A stretch of 64,000 nt of DNA from Carcharhinus longimanus. Its lineage: Eukaryota. The DNA lies in the NCBI GenBank assembly GCA_030264375.1, contig JASCQW010000072.1, forward strand, positions 44,810,586 to 44,874,585. Reading direction: 5' to 3'. Below, in pieces: positions 51,191 through 64,000 of the stretch (positions are counted from its first letter, which is position 1; each line of letters begins with the position of its first letter). Below the pieces are notes generated by a model. The model was not told the origin of the DNA. It did no database searches and saw only the letters and a program-made list of their open reading frames with translations. The position numbers and the translations under genes were made by a program.

Positions 51191-53174
51191 ATTAACTTCA
51201 CAATACAACCAACATTAGCCAATTTAGTTTATTGTAGAGTGGCAATGTCGACACCAGGATTGTGGAGATCACAATAATAGCTCAGTATTAATTAGATACG
51301 GTTATGCGATGTTGTAACTTGTGGAATGAAGTTTACATCCAGAACTTAAAATTTTCACCGGGGATCAATTTCCATGGAGTTTTCCCCCATTTATTCCTCG
51401 TAACTTTGATGCAGAATTCACAGAATCTCCTGAAAAAATATCATTGTTGCTTCCACCATATTTCCAGGATCTCCATGGCTATTCTGCCAAAGTTAGGCAG
51501 CAAGGACACCTTGGGAGGTATGTTCTCCACTCCCGCCCACTGCAAGAATCACCAACGCCAGGATGGAAAATTGGGCGGATCATTTAAAAGTCTGTTGACC
51601 ATGGGCGGGATTTCCTGATCTCGGGGCGGATGCAACCGGGAAATCCCGCTCTTTGGAGATTTAGCTAATTTATTCTTTTTACTTATCAACAGACTGGGTG
51701 TAAAACTGAACTTAATCAATTTGTAGGGTGACTGATTTCTGATTTTAACCATACCCTGTATTTGCCTGCATATTTTATCATGAATGACACATTAAGGGAC
51801 TTCACATTCACTGACTCTCGAAAGGGCAAGGCTCCCCAGTGTCTTAGCTATAAAGACTAAGTAACTATAAAATAGCATCATTAAACATCAGAAACCTAAG
51901 GAAGCGAACGCCTTTTATGAGGAACGCTCTTTAATTGCCTGTAAAGTTTATTCTGAAAGATAAAGCTTACAGATAATACATTTTGGTAACCTTTATAACT
52001 GCTGCCTCAGTGGGTCGGAAAATATGCTACTTTCCTCAGTAACGTTCAACCTTTTCTCATCCCTTCTCATAGAGATACAAGTAATATTAGTTTTTATTTT
52101 CACAAGGCAGAATTAAAATAAATTTCAGACTTCAATAAAGGAATGCAGACAAACATTGCATTTCTTTTGAGATGCCGATGAGGCAGGATCAAAGAGAGAA
52201 AACTAGGGGAAAAAAATAGAGACTGGTCGATGAAGTATGGATTGAAACTTTGGAGTGTGCTGTTGAAAAAGACCTATGGCTCACGAAACAGTAACTAAAC
52301 CCAGAAGCAGGATGCTAATACCATGAATGGGATAAGCAGGATGCTAATATCATGGATAGGATTTCCCCCATTGCACTCAGAGCGGTGGCAGGTATGAAAA
52401 ATGGTGTTGTATCCATTGACTACAATAGTGGGTTTTTGCGTTGTATCATCCACTTCCTGCCTCATTGATTACACACATTGGAGAAATATACAGATTGCTG
52501 GCAGGTGGCCTCGGATTCGCCTGCCCAGCCATAAGACCAAGAACAAACAAAGAACAAAGAACAGTACAGCACAGGAAACAGGCCCTTCGGCCCTCCAAGC
52601 CTGTGCCGCTCATTGGTCCAANNNNNNNNNNNNNNNNNNNNNNNNNNNNNNNNNNNNNNNNNNNNNNNNNNNNNNNNNNNNNNNNNNNNNNNNNNNNNNN
52701 NNNNNNNNNNNNNNNNNNNNNGGGGCAGTTTTAGCATGACTAATGCTGTCCAGAATGGACATGGGAACAGTGGGAACAGCGACTGTCTGTGGGCATGTAA
52801 CACAAAACAAAGTGAACACCCATAAAAAGGAGGCAAAGGAACAAAAATTGTGAAGAAAATCCTTGAGGTTTAGATCCTGCATACAGCTGGTGCTTTTATC
52901 ACCATTCTATACTACAGAAAAAAATAGCATTTTCATTTTAATGCATGAAAAAGCACCCCAGAGGCACTTTTGGAATGTAAAAACAATGATAATTCCACTC
53001 TGACTGATTGACAGTGAAAAGAAGTTTACATAAATTAACTTTTTATGAAGCTCTTAGAATCTAAGCAGCTTATTATTGCTAATTGTTCAAGAAGTGTATG
53101 TCATATGACTTGAAACCAAATACCATTCATTTTTTTCACAGAGGTACTTTTCTCACCTATTTTTAATATCAATA

Positions 53175-53475
53175 CAGCACGATGGCACAGTGGTTAGCAC
53201 TGCTGCCTCGCAGCACCAGGGACCCGGGTTCAATTCTGGCATCAGATAACTGTGTGGAGTTTGCACGTTCTCCCCGTATCTGCATGGATTTCCTTCCACA
53301 ATCCAAAGATATGCGGGTTAGATTGATTGGCCAGGATGAATTGTCCATTTCTGTCGGGGGATTAGCAGGGTAAATGTGTGGGATTATGGGGAAATGACCT
53401 GGGTGGGATTGTTGTCGGTGCTGACTCAATGGGCCAAATGGCCTCCTTCTGCACTGTAGGGATCCTATGATTCTA
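53175..53475 (+). mobile_element. Full-length HE1/V-SINE-type SINE
   Basis: ggcacagtggttagcactgctgcctc...gggttcaattc (A/B-box-like) with the same core and tail as the other copies. Confidence 0.85.
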
Positions 53476-54587
53476 ATATTCCTTTCATGAGGGAGTCTCA
53501 CNNNNNNNNNNNNNNNNNNNNNNNNNNNNNNNNNNNNNNNNNNNNNNNNNNNNNNNNNNNNNNNNNNNNNNNNNNNNNNNNNNNNNNNNNNNNNNNNNNN
53601 NTGTTCCAGTCAGGTCAATCTTATCTCAGGTTGTAATATGGTAATAGTTTCAGACAGAATGAGATCATCAATCAACTGTGCCCACCCAGCCACATTCCTT
53701 TAGGACTTTTCTAATAAGCACAGAATTAAAATAGTCCCATTCCTTAGTTAAACCATTGAGCTTTCTTCTTACTAGTAACTTGTTCTACACTTACTGTCAT
53801 TTTATGTTTCCTATTTTGCTTTAGTATTCTTAATTTGTAAGAATGACCTCTTGTGAATTTATTCAGATTTAATTTTTCCAAGCACTTCATAACTTTAAAC
53901 ATTTTAATCATCTTGAAGTCTTCTCTCTTAAAAAGAGTTGTCAATACTTTTTAAGGTCAAGGATCAATCATGTAGCCATTCTCTGCACCCATTCCAATAC
54001 TGAAACTGGTTCTTGAACTACTATGCACCAGTTATCACAGAGTACTGGGGAAGTTATCTCACCAAGGCAAAATAATCTCTCTTGAATTATGCTATGCATC
54101 CCAATATTCTGATGCTTTTAATGACTTGCACACAGTTACAATGAACTTGCTCATGGATAAATATATTAAAGTCTCATGAATATATCCATTACTTTTTTTC
54201 CCAATCATGCCTGCCAAATGAAACCAGTTAATTGCTCACAGTTCTTCCCTAATGGTCAAAATAATGAAAACCTCCGCTCTATTACAGAAAAATGCCGAAC
54301 CCACCTACTGTCTTAGGCTGGTAAACTGAAAATGGCTACCATAGAGTGCCCTAAATTTGATGTCTGGAATCAAAGGTGAAATTTTTGAATTTGGCTGAAG
54401 AACAACCTGACCAAAGGAATTATCTTATTACACACAGCTAACAGCTAGAAAGGGGCAATGTTTCCAGGTAATGGAATCCACCAAGGTGACTGTTGCTCTC
54501 CTGATGAAGCTCTTTCTAAATCCATCTGAACGGCCAGGGTAAACAACCATGCCCAATCCCATGGTCATCATGAAACACAAATTTCAC

Positions 54588-54836
54588 CACAGTTGGGGTC
54601 CGGGTCCACAGGACTCTTAAATCGGCCTCGCAGGTGGAGGATGTGGTCAAGAAGGCGTNNNNNNNNNNNNNNNNNNNNNNNNNNNNNNNNNNNNNNNNNN
54701 NNNNNNNNNNNNNNNNNNNNNNNNNNNNNNNNNNNNNNNNNNNNNNNNNNNNNNNNNNGGATTGGTAGGTGTTGATGTGATCGGCGCAACTCGTGGGCCG
54801 AAGGGCCTGTTTGTGCTGTAGTGTTCTATGTTCTAG
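54588..54836 (+). mobile_element. Young CR1 LINE 3' fragment spanning a gap
   Basis: LGVRVHRTLKSASQVEDVVKKA before the gap. Tail gggccgaagggcctgtttgtgctgtagtgttctatgttcta also seen at 61627-61652. Confidence 0.75.
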
Positions 54837-54915
54837 AAAGTTGCTTTGCAACATTGGAAACCAATCTCAGTAACTGCAATGCTTTGGAACCACCTCCAGT
54901 AAGTGATTTACTTTT

Positions 54916-55160
54916 AGAATCATCACAGAATCCGTACAGTGCAGAAGGAGGCCATTCAGCCTATCGAGCCTGCACCAACAACAATCCCCATCCAGGCCGT
55001 ATCCCGTAAACCCATGTATTTACCCTGCTAATCCCCCTGACACTAAGAGTCAATTTAGCATGGCCAATCCATCTAATCCACAGTGGAGTGTGGGAGGAAA
55101 CTGGACCATCCGGGGGAAACCTGCGCAGACAGGGGGAGAATGTGTACACTTCACACAGCG
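54916..55160 (-). mobile_element. HE1/V-SINE-type SINE, 5'-truncated
   Basis: Colinear with 48077-48310. Confidence 0.8.
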
Positions 55161-55228
55161 TGTGACAAAGGGAAACAAGTTAAAGCAACCAAGAATTAAT
55201 TGTACATTTCATTGTAGTTTGAACATAC

Positions 55229-55292
55229 CCTTTCAAGCAACGAGAGTGTGGCTTTTAGTGCACCTTCTGGCCGTCCAAATGGGAAACAGTAC
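55229..55292 (-). CDS. CADPS2: CADPS2-like exon: (R)[21 protein letters not shown]
   Basis: Highly conserved CADPS motif. Acceptor tgttccag, donor gtatgt, 64 nt, phase 2 to 0. Confidence 0.96.
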
Positions 55293-55444
55293 CTGGAACA
55301 TTAACAGAGAATTCAGACATCTTTGAAGTTAAGCAACAATGCAGTGTAATTCATCACAATAGGTTAAAACTTAAACATGGCATGTTGCAGGACTTCCAAA
55401 TAATCAACTGGATTGTTCCTCACATACTCAGAACTGAATCAGTG

Positions 55445-55965
55445 AAGAACAAATTGGATTTGAATGGAACAAATTGCCTGAGGAAAACCACCTCATCTTT
55501 TGACAGGGCACTTTTCAGCCTTCTGGACTCAACATTGAGTTCAACAATTTGTAACCTTTGCTCCATTTTGTTTTGTTCTATGATGGGTTTGAGTTTTTTT
55601 TTCCCCCTCATTTCTTTCTGCTCCCTTTGCTTTCAGCTGGCAGCTGTTCAAAACCCTGCCATTAACACCTCCTCTCAACATATCTTGTGCTTCCTTACTT
55701 GTTCCTTTATCACCCTCTTTTACCATAAAATCCATCATTTAATCCCTCCTGCTCCCACCTCAACACAGACCTTACCTTTAGTTCATCTTTCCACCCCTGT
55801 TCTTTGTCTTTCACTGGCTCAGATCTTTTCCCAGTCCTGATAGAAGTTCACAGATCTGAAATATTAACTCCTTTCTCTCTCTGCATAAGATGCCAGCACT
55901 GCTGAGTATTTCCAGCATTTTCTTTCATATTTCAGATGTCCAATATCCACAGTATATTGCTTGAA
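55445..55965 (+). mobile_element. Penelope-like 3' fragment with terminal repeat
   Basis: Pyrimidine-rich body, hammerhead-like ctgatagaagttcacagatctgaaat at 55837-55863, then the reverse complement of 17705-17802. Confidence 0.55.
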
Positions 55966-56014
55966 ATTTGGTTTTGTTCATACATTACAAAATTTGCTTT
56001 CAAGTCAAAGAAGA

Positions 56015-56405
56015 GGAAAGAATGACTTGTTTTTAAATAGTGTGTTTCACAACCTCAGAACGTCTGAAACCATATTTCAGTCAACCACTGTTGTCATGTA
56101 GAAAAGATGGCAGCCAATGTGTCCATCAAGCTCCCACAAACAACATGGTAATGACCAGATAACCAATTTTATTTTTTTAATGTTGACTGAAGGACAAACA
56201 CTGGCCAGGATACCGGGGAATACATGTCTGTTCTTCTTCAATATAGTTCTCATGAGATCTTCTATACCTTCTAAGAGAACAGACCGAGTTTAACCTCTCA
56301 TCTGGAAAACAGCTCTGCTGGTAATGCAATACTTCCTTATACTGTGTTGGACTTTTGTCCTTAAGTTTCTGGAGTGGGACTTGAACTCATGACTTTCTGA
56401 TTCAG
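56015..56405 (-). mobile_element. Deu-SINE (SacSINE-like)
   Basis: Similar to 46495-47085. The right end ctggagtgggacttgaac is the reverse complement of a B-box-like gttcaagtcc. Confidence 0.7.
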
Positions 56406-59400
56406 GTGTGTGTGGTGTGGTCTGTGTGTGTGTATATGTGTGACCATGGCTGATATGATGGCCAGAACTTTCTAGCTGTTCATGCTGGTGAGATCTTCCA
56501 GTCCCACTCATGATGCACTCAACCACAGGTTTCACGGAGATGAGGGGTGCCTTCAACAGGAAACCCCACTGACAATGTTTGGACCAGAAGTTCCTGCTGC
56601 CAGCCAACTGCTGCCAGCCTCCTGCCATGGCAAAACACGTGGCAGGCTGCATGGTAAACCCTGCCCAATAAATGACAATTTGGGTGAATAAACTGCAGTA
56701 TAAAGCTGGCTCATAGCTTCCTTTGTTGATTAGTTTGAAGGCTTACAGCCCAGACGATAGAATTTGAATATGCATCTGAAAATAATGCAAAAATTGGAGA
56801 AAGTCACATCATTCCACAGTATACCAGTGTTGCAGTATCTCACTACAATTCAGCTGTTGAAACATTCTGGGGGTGATTCTCCCAGCCCGCCATGTTGCTC
56901 GAGTAGGGCAGTGAGCTGGGATACATCAGTGGAGACTGTTTCGCATGCTTTCCAATGGGCACCACAGTCTCCACATGTCTACCAGATAAAGATTTCCAGA
57001 GTATTCAGTTCCATGCTGGAAATCGGCAAAGAGTGATTGCAATATGGAAATTGGGGTTTCCATGTCATTAGTGGGCCCGGACTGAAGTCTCCAGGCTCAC
57101 TAGAATCACCCCCCCCACCCCCTACCAGGAGTGGTTCACTCCAGAGGGGTTTACTCCTGCTCCCCACTAACAGGTGCCTGACCCTGATGGAGGGAAAAGA
57201 GGCCATTGACGCCTGTCCAGGAGGTCAGATGTGAGGAGGGTCAAGTCAATCACCATAACCGCCCTTCGACATTTGTGCCATCTCCAAGTATAATATGGCA
57301 GCCTTATTTTGACTGTACAATAAATTCAGCCCCCCACAACTGCAAGCTATGCTGCAAGGGAATGTCAATGAGAGTGGAAGCAACAGTATCATATTCCTAT
57401 TTCTGACACATGTTTTCTTTAATTGTGGCTCTTTTCTGGATGTACGAGACCAATATTTGATGTCATTGCATCAATCTTCAGTCTTTGAGGTTCACACTGA
57501 TTAACCAAACAGCTTTTGGAATTAGTTTTCAACTAATGAAAACCGTTTTTTTGCATTTGCTCCTACATCTACAATGGGTCACCAGAGGAAATATAAAAAG
57601 CACACTGGCTTATCTTAACAGAATCAAGTATAGAATATATTTGATAAATTTTACATCCATAAGATGAAAAAAAACATAAATTAAAGTTATAGGGAGAATA
57701 AAGTAGACAGGGCAAGCAAGACTAAGTATTTAAAATATTTTATTTAAAATGATCTTTTAAATGCAAATTGAAGGTATTTAGGGTCAAAATTAAAGAAAAA
57801 AGCCAATAACAATGTTGAAACAACTTTATTGCAATAACAGTATGAATTTAGATTGTGAGCTGAAAAGTTATAGAGTTAATTGCTCAGGGTGACTTCTCTG
57901 GAACTGGTAACAGTTTAAGGATTCATGAATATACCATACCACATCTTACTATAGCTCTGAGTGTTTTATGAAGTATGTTTTATTGGTTGCTTGTCCATCT
58001 ACAGAGAAGATTCCCATGTATAATTGTATCACACTGCAAAATTTGTGCATGAAGAATGCATTTCCAGTTTTATTTTAGTTTTCATCTCCTCCAGTTAGCA
58101 TAATTAAATGGGAAATGTGTAATAATAGAGACTATGTATATTGCATTAGAAATAGATTTTATATAATGTAATCACACAATCCAAATTTAGAAAGTCTCAA
58201 CAATATTGAATATAGAGGACTCTACATTCAGCAAGATTCTTGTGTAGTGATCAGTAAAAAACATGTTAGGATTAACTTCCATTAAATATTGCTTATGATT
58301 AAAGTCCTAGTGTCACACTTGTTGTTCACTTAATAAAGTTTGTTTCTACTGTTACTTGGATTTCAACACCAATTATTGGAATATTAGCCCATTTGTAAAA
58401 TATCCTTAATCCGCATCCCTGACCTGTTCAGTTCGTCTTTTCTATATATAAAGTTGAGCGACATGTTTGCAGTTGTATTCCTTTCGCCTCAGCTGGTTTT
58501 TCTCAGTAGACAGATATAGTAAGTGAATGATTCTGCCCATTATCTACTCCTATTACAATATGGTTGGCTGAATGTTAGAGATCCCAGGGATTACATGTGC
58601 TATTGAAAATAAAGGAGGTCCCACTGTGGATGTTCTGGAGATTCAACGACATTTTATGACTATGCAAATAACAAAGCGTACGTTCTGAGTGGATTTAATC
58701 TTGATTACATAAATCAAATCAGAGCTTAGTCTTCCCAATGACAGTTTTGTTGAGAAGTTTTAATTTTCAGCGATTGATTTGTAACTTATTGGCAAAAATT
58801 CCCCAATTTAAGCATCTTAAAACATTTTGTTAAATGTTCATAGAGTTTTACAGCACAGTAAGAGGCCCTTCAGCCCATTACGCCTGCACCTGCCATCAGG
58901 CAACTATCTTTTTCTCTTCTCAGGGTTATTGGTAAGTGGAATGGCTTGACAACTCATGCAGTGTATGCAGATTCATGCTGGTGCTCAAATCCTGAGAGGT
59001 TTCTGATAACACTGCATTGAAAGGGCAGCATGAGGTTTGGGGAATCTACATTGTGGTTACTCGTGGCTCCTAGATTTCACAGCTTTCAGGGATTAGTGAG
59101 GAACTTCTCAGAATTATATTTCACTCAGACTAGCCTGAGCTTTTTAAAATGTGTTTATTTGCTTCTCCTAAGTGATTACATGGTTCCTGGTAGGTTTGGA
59201 GCTCCAAAAGATACGGAAACATTAAAAAAATTACAAAACCAAACAATTACAATGTGGCCAGCCATGTGAATCGCAGTGAGAAAATAACTATCCAGCCTAA
59301 TGTCACTTGCCAGCTCTTGATCTGTAGCCTTGCAGCTTACAGTACTTCAAGTGCATACTCAAGTATATTTTTAAATACAAAAAATATTTCTACCTCGGCC

Positions 59401-61790
59401 ACCCTTTCAGGCAATGAATTCCAGAGCCCATTCACCCTCTGGGTGGAAATAATTCTCAACTCTCCTCTAAATTGATGCCTCCCTGGTTACTGATCTCTCT
59501 CCATCAAAGCTCCTCATAATTTACCTTTACCCTTCACTTCCTCTCTTCCTATGAAAACAATCTCAGCCTATTCAATCTTTCTTCATAGTAAGAATTGTAG
59601 TGTTTTGCTGCAACATAACTGAATGGGACAGACTCGATGAACAACCAGTCTGATTTTGTTCACCGTTTTGTATAGATTTGTTGGAATAGTTGGATAACAT
59701 TAATACCCTTTGAAGATGTCACGGATAAATAATTCTGACTGAATTTTAATGATATCAAGCAACAGGAGACCGCTCCACTTTTTGCTCGTATCCTTGCTGG
59801 TGTCTCTAAGTGACAAATTATTTCAACCGACTCAAGTTATTAATAATATAAACAGTAGCTGATGATAGCTACAAGCTATTGTGTTGCAATCATGCATGCC
59901 TCACAGCCCATTTGAAGGATACTGATGAATACAGTCATAACAATTTCTAACCTTTAGGTTGAATCTGCCAGTGGCTAGTGATTTTATTGAAATAGCTAGA
60001 ATTAAAAATCTATTCATCTGACACAACATGTTGAATCTAAAGAGAGGTCCAAACCGAAGCTCATTTTCTAAAGATTATCGAATTTAGATCAAATGAACAG
60101 AAATTGAGAAGCGTACAACATTCAATCTACTTCAATTCACACTAACTCTTCTCCTTGTAGTGATCGCAGAGACTATCATTATTTTAAATTGGAAATAGAA
60201 AACAGCATTGGCCTAATTGTTAAGGAAAGTGTTAGAGAAGAGGCTTGTCAATTTAACTGTGTCCCTGTTAGGTTTCCAATGCTGTCTGAATAGTGTGGTT
60301 TTATAAAAATAAGTGAAAGCTGTACTGCATCTTGTCTGAATTGACTTTGCTTTTTTAACAGGTGCACCAAAACAAAATCTCCATTGAAATACTAAACCAA
60401 GTAATTTGTTTGACTGCATTGAATGGTCATGCATTGAATGGTCATGGTCATGACATTAAAATTTCATTTCTAAGCTCAGAGCTAATCTATGGAGTTGCAC
60501 ACAGTGGGTTGAGATTTTTGTACTTGGGCAGGAAAGTAAAAACAAGTGGTATCAGATCAGGCAATTTGATGCCCTCTCTGATTTTCAGATTGGATTTGTG
60601 AAATGCTGCTGATCTGATATCACGTATTTTATCAATTCAGAATTGTCCACATTGCAGCTCCCTCCTCAACCCATCTCCCCTCCCCTGTCCCACTGCACCC
60701 TGGCCCCTTCCTTACTCTCCACCCCACCTGAAGATGAAGGCTCCGAGGAGCAAGTGAAGTCTAAGTATAAGCTTCAACTGAACTGGGGAAAAGGACAAAA
60801 GAATAATTGGACCATAGCATACACTTGAAGAATTAATGCTGGCCTCCATATTTATGATGTAAACACCCTAATTAAACTCACCATGCTGTAACTGTACCCT
60901 CTTCCCATCTAGTATTCCCCATTGGCAAGGGATGGGAGTGGGAGCCAATCGTGGTGGTGGTATGGACTTATAGGTGACAAGTTTACATGGGCAATTTCAT
61001 TATAAGGCAAGGACATTTATAATGGGAAAATCTTATAGCATGGTAGTACAGCTGCAAGAATTTTAATATATTAACAATCTATATCTAATTCCTTTACATG
61101 GAAGCTTTTCCTGTTCAAATAATTGTTTTACGTTAAATATTGTGCTTAGGGTGGTCATTGTTTTGTCAGCTTCAAAAATCTCATTTGGTATTGTTGTGGG
61201 TCTCAGGTAGATTTGTCTTTAGTTAGGATTTACAGATACTGCTGGAGGTAAGGGTGTTGGTAAACTTTACTTTTTACTGAACATTCTACTAATTATTACA
61301 GTATAATGTTTAGCACGAGACACATCACAGAACTATCTCTCAGCATGCTGTCTTATCATGTGGCCTTACATCATTGATTATGTAGACTGTCTGTTCACAT
61401 ATTTAGCATTAATCCTTTATACTACATCCAACAATTAACAGGATTGAAGGACAGCAGATGCCAGGATCATCTGATGAAAGTTCACAGAATGGTGTAACAT
61501 TCTGGCAGAACCAACGGGATGAACGANNNNNNNNNNNNNNNNNNNNNNNNNNNNNNNNNNNNNNNNNNNNNNNNNNNNNNNNNNNNNNNNNNNNNNNNNN
61601 NNNNNNNNNNNNNNNNNNNNNNNNNNGTGCTGTAGTGTTCTATGTTCTATGTTAACTGGAGAATCATGCATGCAATCAAGGAAAAGTGGAACTTTTGATT
61701 AATTGGCAGATTTAATAACATGTCACATGAATCAGATGTCTGGTAATCCAATCCCCAGTAAGGAATACAGATGAGATTGGAATATAGTAT

Positions 61791-61993
61791 GGAATCACAC
61801 AATCAACAGCGCAGAAGGAGGCCATTTGGCCCATCGAGTCTGCACTGACCACAATCCTACCCAAACCCTATCCCCATAACCTTATGGATTTACCTTAGCT
61901 AATCCCCCCGAATCTAAGGGGCAATTTAACATGGCCAATCAACGTAACCTACACATCTCTGGACTGGGTGGGGGAAACTGAAGCATTGGAGGA
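61791..61993 (-). mobile_element. HE1/V-SINE-type SINE 3' half
   Basis: Colinear with 48077-48270. Confidence 0.8.
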
Positions 61994-62221
61994 AAGAACT
62001 ACCTGAGGACCTAACCTAGAAAGATGATGTTAATCTGAGACCCATCTTCATTGCTGCAGTAGACATAGAAAATCACATGGTACGATTTGAAGGAACATTG
62101 TAAGGTGTCCTGGCCATGATTTATTCTTCCTCTGACTAATACTACAATTCAAATAATCTTCTTTATTCTTTTGTTGTTTGTAGGACCTTGTTGTCATTTA
62201 CCTTTTAGTCATTGTGTGGCT

Positions 62222-62370
62222 TTGCTGGCATTGGACAGGGGTAATCACAGTAAGAAGTCTCACAACATCAGGTTAAAGTCCAACAGGTTTATTTTGAATC
62301 ACGAGCTTTTGGAGTACTGCCCTTCATCAGGTGAGTGGAGAGGTGGGTTCACACAAACAGGGCATATATA
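62222..62370 (+). mobile_element. Penelope-like element fragment with minus-strand hammerhead-like core
   Basis: Same head as 27350 and 18630. The minus strand reads CTGATGA-agggcagtactc-CAAAAGCTC at 62330-62303. Confidence 0.6.
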
Positions 62371-62419
62371 GAATTTACCTTGCATATATATGTTTATCTT
62401 ACAATTGAGTCTCTGTCTA

Positions 62420-62720
62420 TATATGCTCAACACTCAAGAAACTCGACAACATCCAGGACAAAGCAGTCTGCCTGATTGGCAGCCCAGACACCAATGCAGA
62501 TATATTGGAATATCACCATCTGCAAATTCCCCTCCAAGCCACTCACCATACTGACAAGGAAATATATTGCCGTTCATTCACTGTTGCTGGGTCAAAGTCC
62601 TGGAATCCCTCCCCTAACAGCACTATGGCTGTACCTACGTCATATGGTTCAAGATGGCAGCTCACCACCACTTCTCAAAGCCAACTGGGGTGGGCGTCCA
62701 CTGCCCATGTCCTGTGAAAT
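62420..62720 (+). mobile_element. LINE 3' fragment
   Basis: KLDNIQDKAVCLIG-type C-terminal coding remnant. Similar to 24760-24960. Confidence 0.65.
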
Positions 62721-63613
62721 AATTTCTTGAAGATTCAAAAATGATTTTATCTGGTCCAAAGTGGAAGAATGGAAATTCTGTGCTCATTTTTTTTTGAAGA
62801 TCTAAGTTCATGAGTGGAACATTCCTGCATCACCTTCCCCTCATTACTCTCTTTCCCTGCCAACCACTCACCCTGCCCCCATAGCTGCCAGGATCCCTGC
62901 AGCACCCACCACAGGTAGGGATCATATTAAAAAGGTGTACGTCTACGGCACTTCTCCAAACCATAACTTTAACATAACATCCCAGGAGATTGTCACAACA
63001 CCAAAACTGCCAAGAAAAGTGAGGCAGTAATGTGACACAATCTAGTTCAGTTAAATGAATTTTTTGTAATTTTGTGGAGAATTCCATAGAGTAGATTGTG
63101 TTCTTCCTCCACGCAACCAAAACTGGCTCTGCATCACCCAATCCCAATCCTATCCCCAAAACATTTACCTTATATCCGGCATCCATTTCCCCTGTCTCCC
63201 TAGTGTGTGTCCGACTGAAGTCCTAATTCCCCTCCCACCCAACTGCCTGGATATCACTCCTGCCAGTATTGGGCAGAGGATGGCAGAAACGGATTTAAAT
63301 TAAACTCGGGAGCTACAGTAGCTTAGGCTCCATGCCAAAGAGCTGGTGGCAGTAGTTTAGGCTCCATGCCAAAGAGCCGGTGAGCTACTGCTGCCCTGCA
63401 CTATGACTGCCTCAAAAGTGGCCAAGGTTAAAGACTGGGATTCTCTGGTCTTGTACGTCCTGCCACTGCTGCCAGCTGAGAATTTGGTGTTCAGCCAAAA
63501 CTCCATTGACTGCAGTGGGATTGGAGAATCACAGCCACAGGTGAGGCTGGAGAATTCCGGCCAAAATCAAGGTTGATGAATCCGGNNNNNNNNNNTAACA
63601 AAATGTAGATTAC

Positions 63614-63715
63614 CTGAAGTGGGTGATCTGATTTTCAAGAAGGGACAGAAGTCTTTCTTTAATCTCATGAAATCTTTCCTTTTCTTCAACTGTTACAGTT
63701 CCAATTCCATCTGGT
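63614..63715 (-). CDS. CADPS2: CADPS2-like exon: (R)[33 protein letters not shown](R)
   Basis: CADPS motif. Acceptor tttctttttcag, donor gtaatc, 102 nt, phase 2 to 2. Confidence 0.96.
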
Positions 63716-64000
63716 CTGAAAAAGAAAAAAAATTAGATATCTTTTCAAATCTCGGAGGTTGAAACAGAGGCTCACTGATAAGTAATGGCATCAACGGTAT
63801 ACCCAATGTCAAATTTATTTTGATTCAGTGAAGGAACATTGCTCACTTCACAAAGCTGGCAACATAATCAGAAACTAGGATATACCCTGCACAATCTTCT
63901 GGCAGTTTTGATCAGAAAATAATGGGTGTGCCAGTCCAGATTTGCAGTTTGCACTCTTAGTGAGCAAGCCTCCTGATCATAAAAGCAAAGTTGAAAAATT

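Noticed and set aside
52306-52360. Short two-copy tandem repeats here and at 38075-38135, 60414-60452 and 63317-63382
   Set aside because: Ordinary slippage duplications with only two units and no spacer structure. Not CRISPR-like.
53175-53240. tRNA-like A and B boxes
   Set aside because: Head of a SINE, not a tRNA gene. It continues directly into the SINE core.
55382-55840. 152-aa plus-strand ORF
   Set aside because: Lies within a pyrimidine-rich Penelope-like repeat. No host-protein similarity recognised.

Overview
AT-rich, repeat-dense vertebrate genomic DNA with many assembly gaps. The repeat landscape (HE1/V-SINE-type SINEs, Deu-SINE-like copies, CR1 LINEs, Penelope-like and Harbinger-like elements) suggests a cartilaginous fish such as a shark (inference). 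Almost all ORFs in the supplied track are spurious. The window is the middle of a minus-strand CADPS-family gene, most like CADPS2. Six ordinary exons (63614-63715, 55229-55292, 47705-47828, 24399-24502, 14101-14257, 261-402) and two microexons (18 nt at 47333-47350; 9 nt at 16506-16514) splice into one open frame with matching phases. The 13.7-kb intron 403-14100 holds two unexpected passengers: an intronless RPS11 retrocopy (minus strand) and the intact terminal coding exon of a SEC24C/D-family COPII gene on the opposite strand (1905-2045). No other SEC24 exon is visible, so this is either two interleaved antisense genes, a displaced gene fragment, or a mis-scaffolded contig. All protein and repeat identifications are from recall of the families, not database searches. 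Repeat boundaries are approximate.
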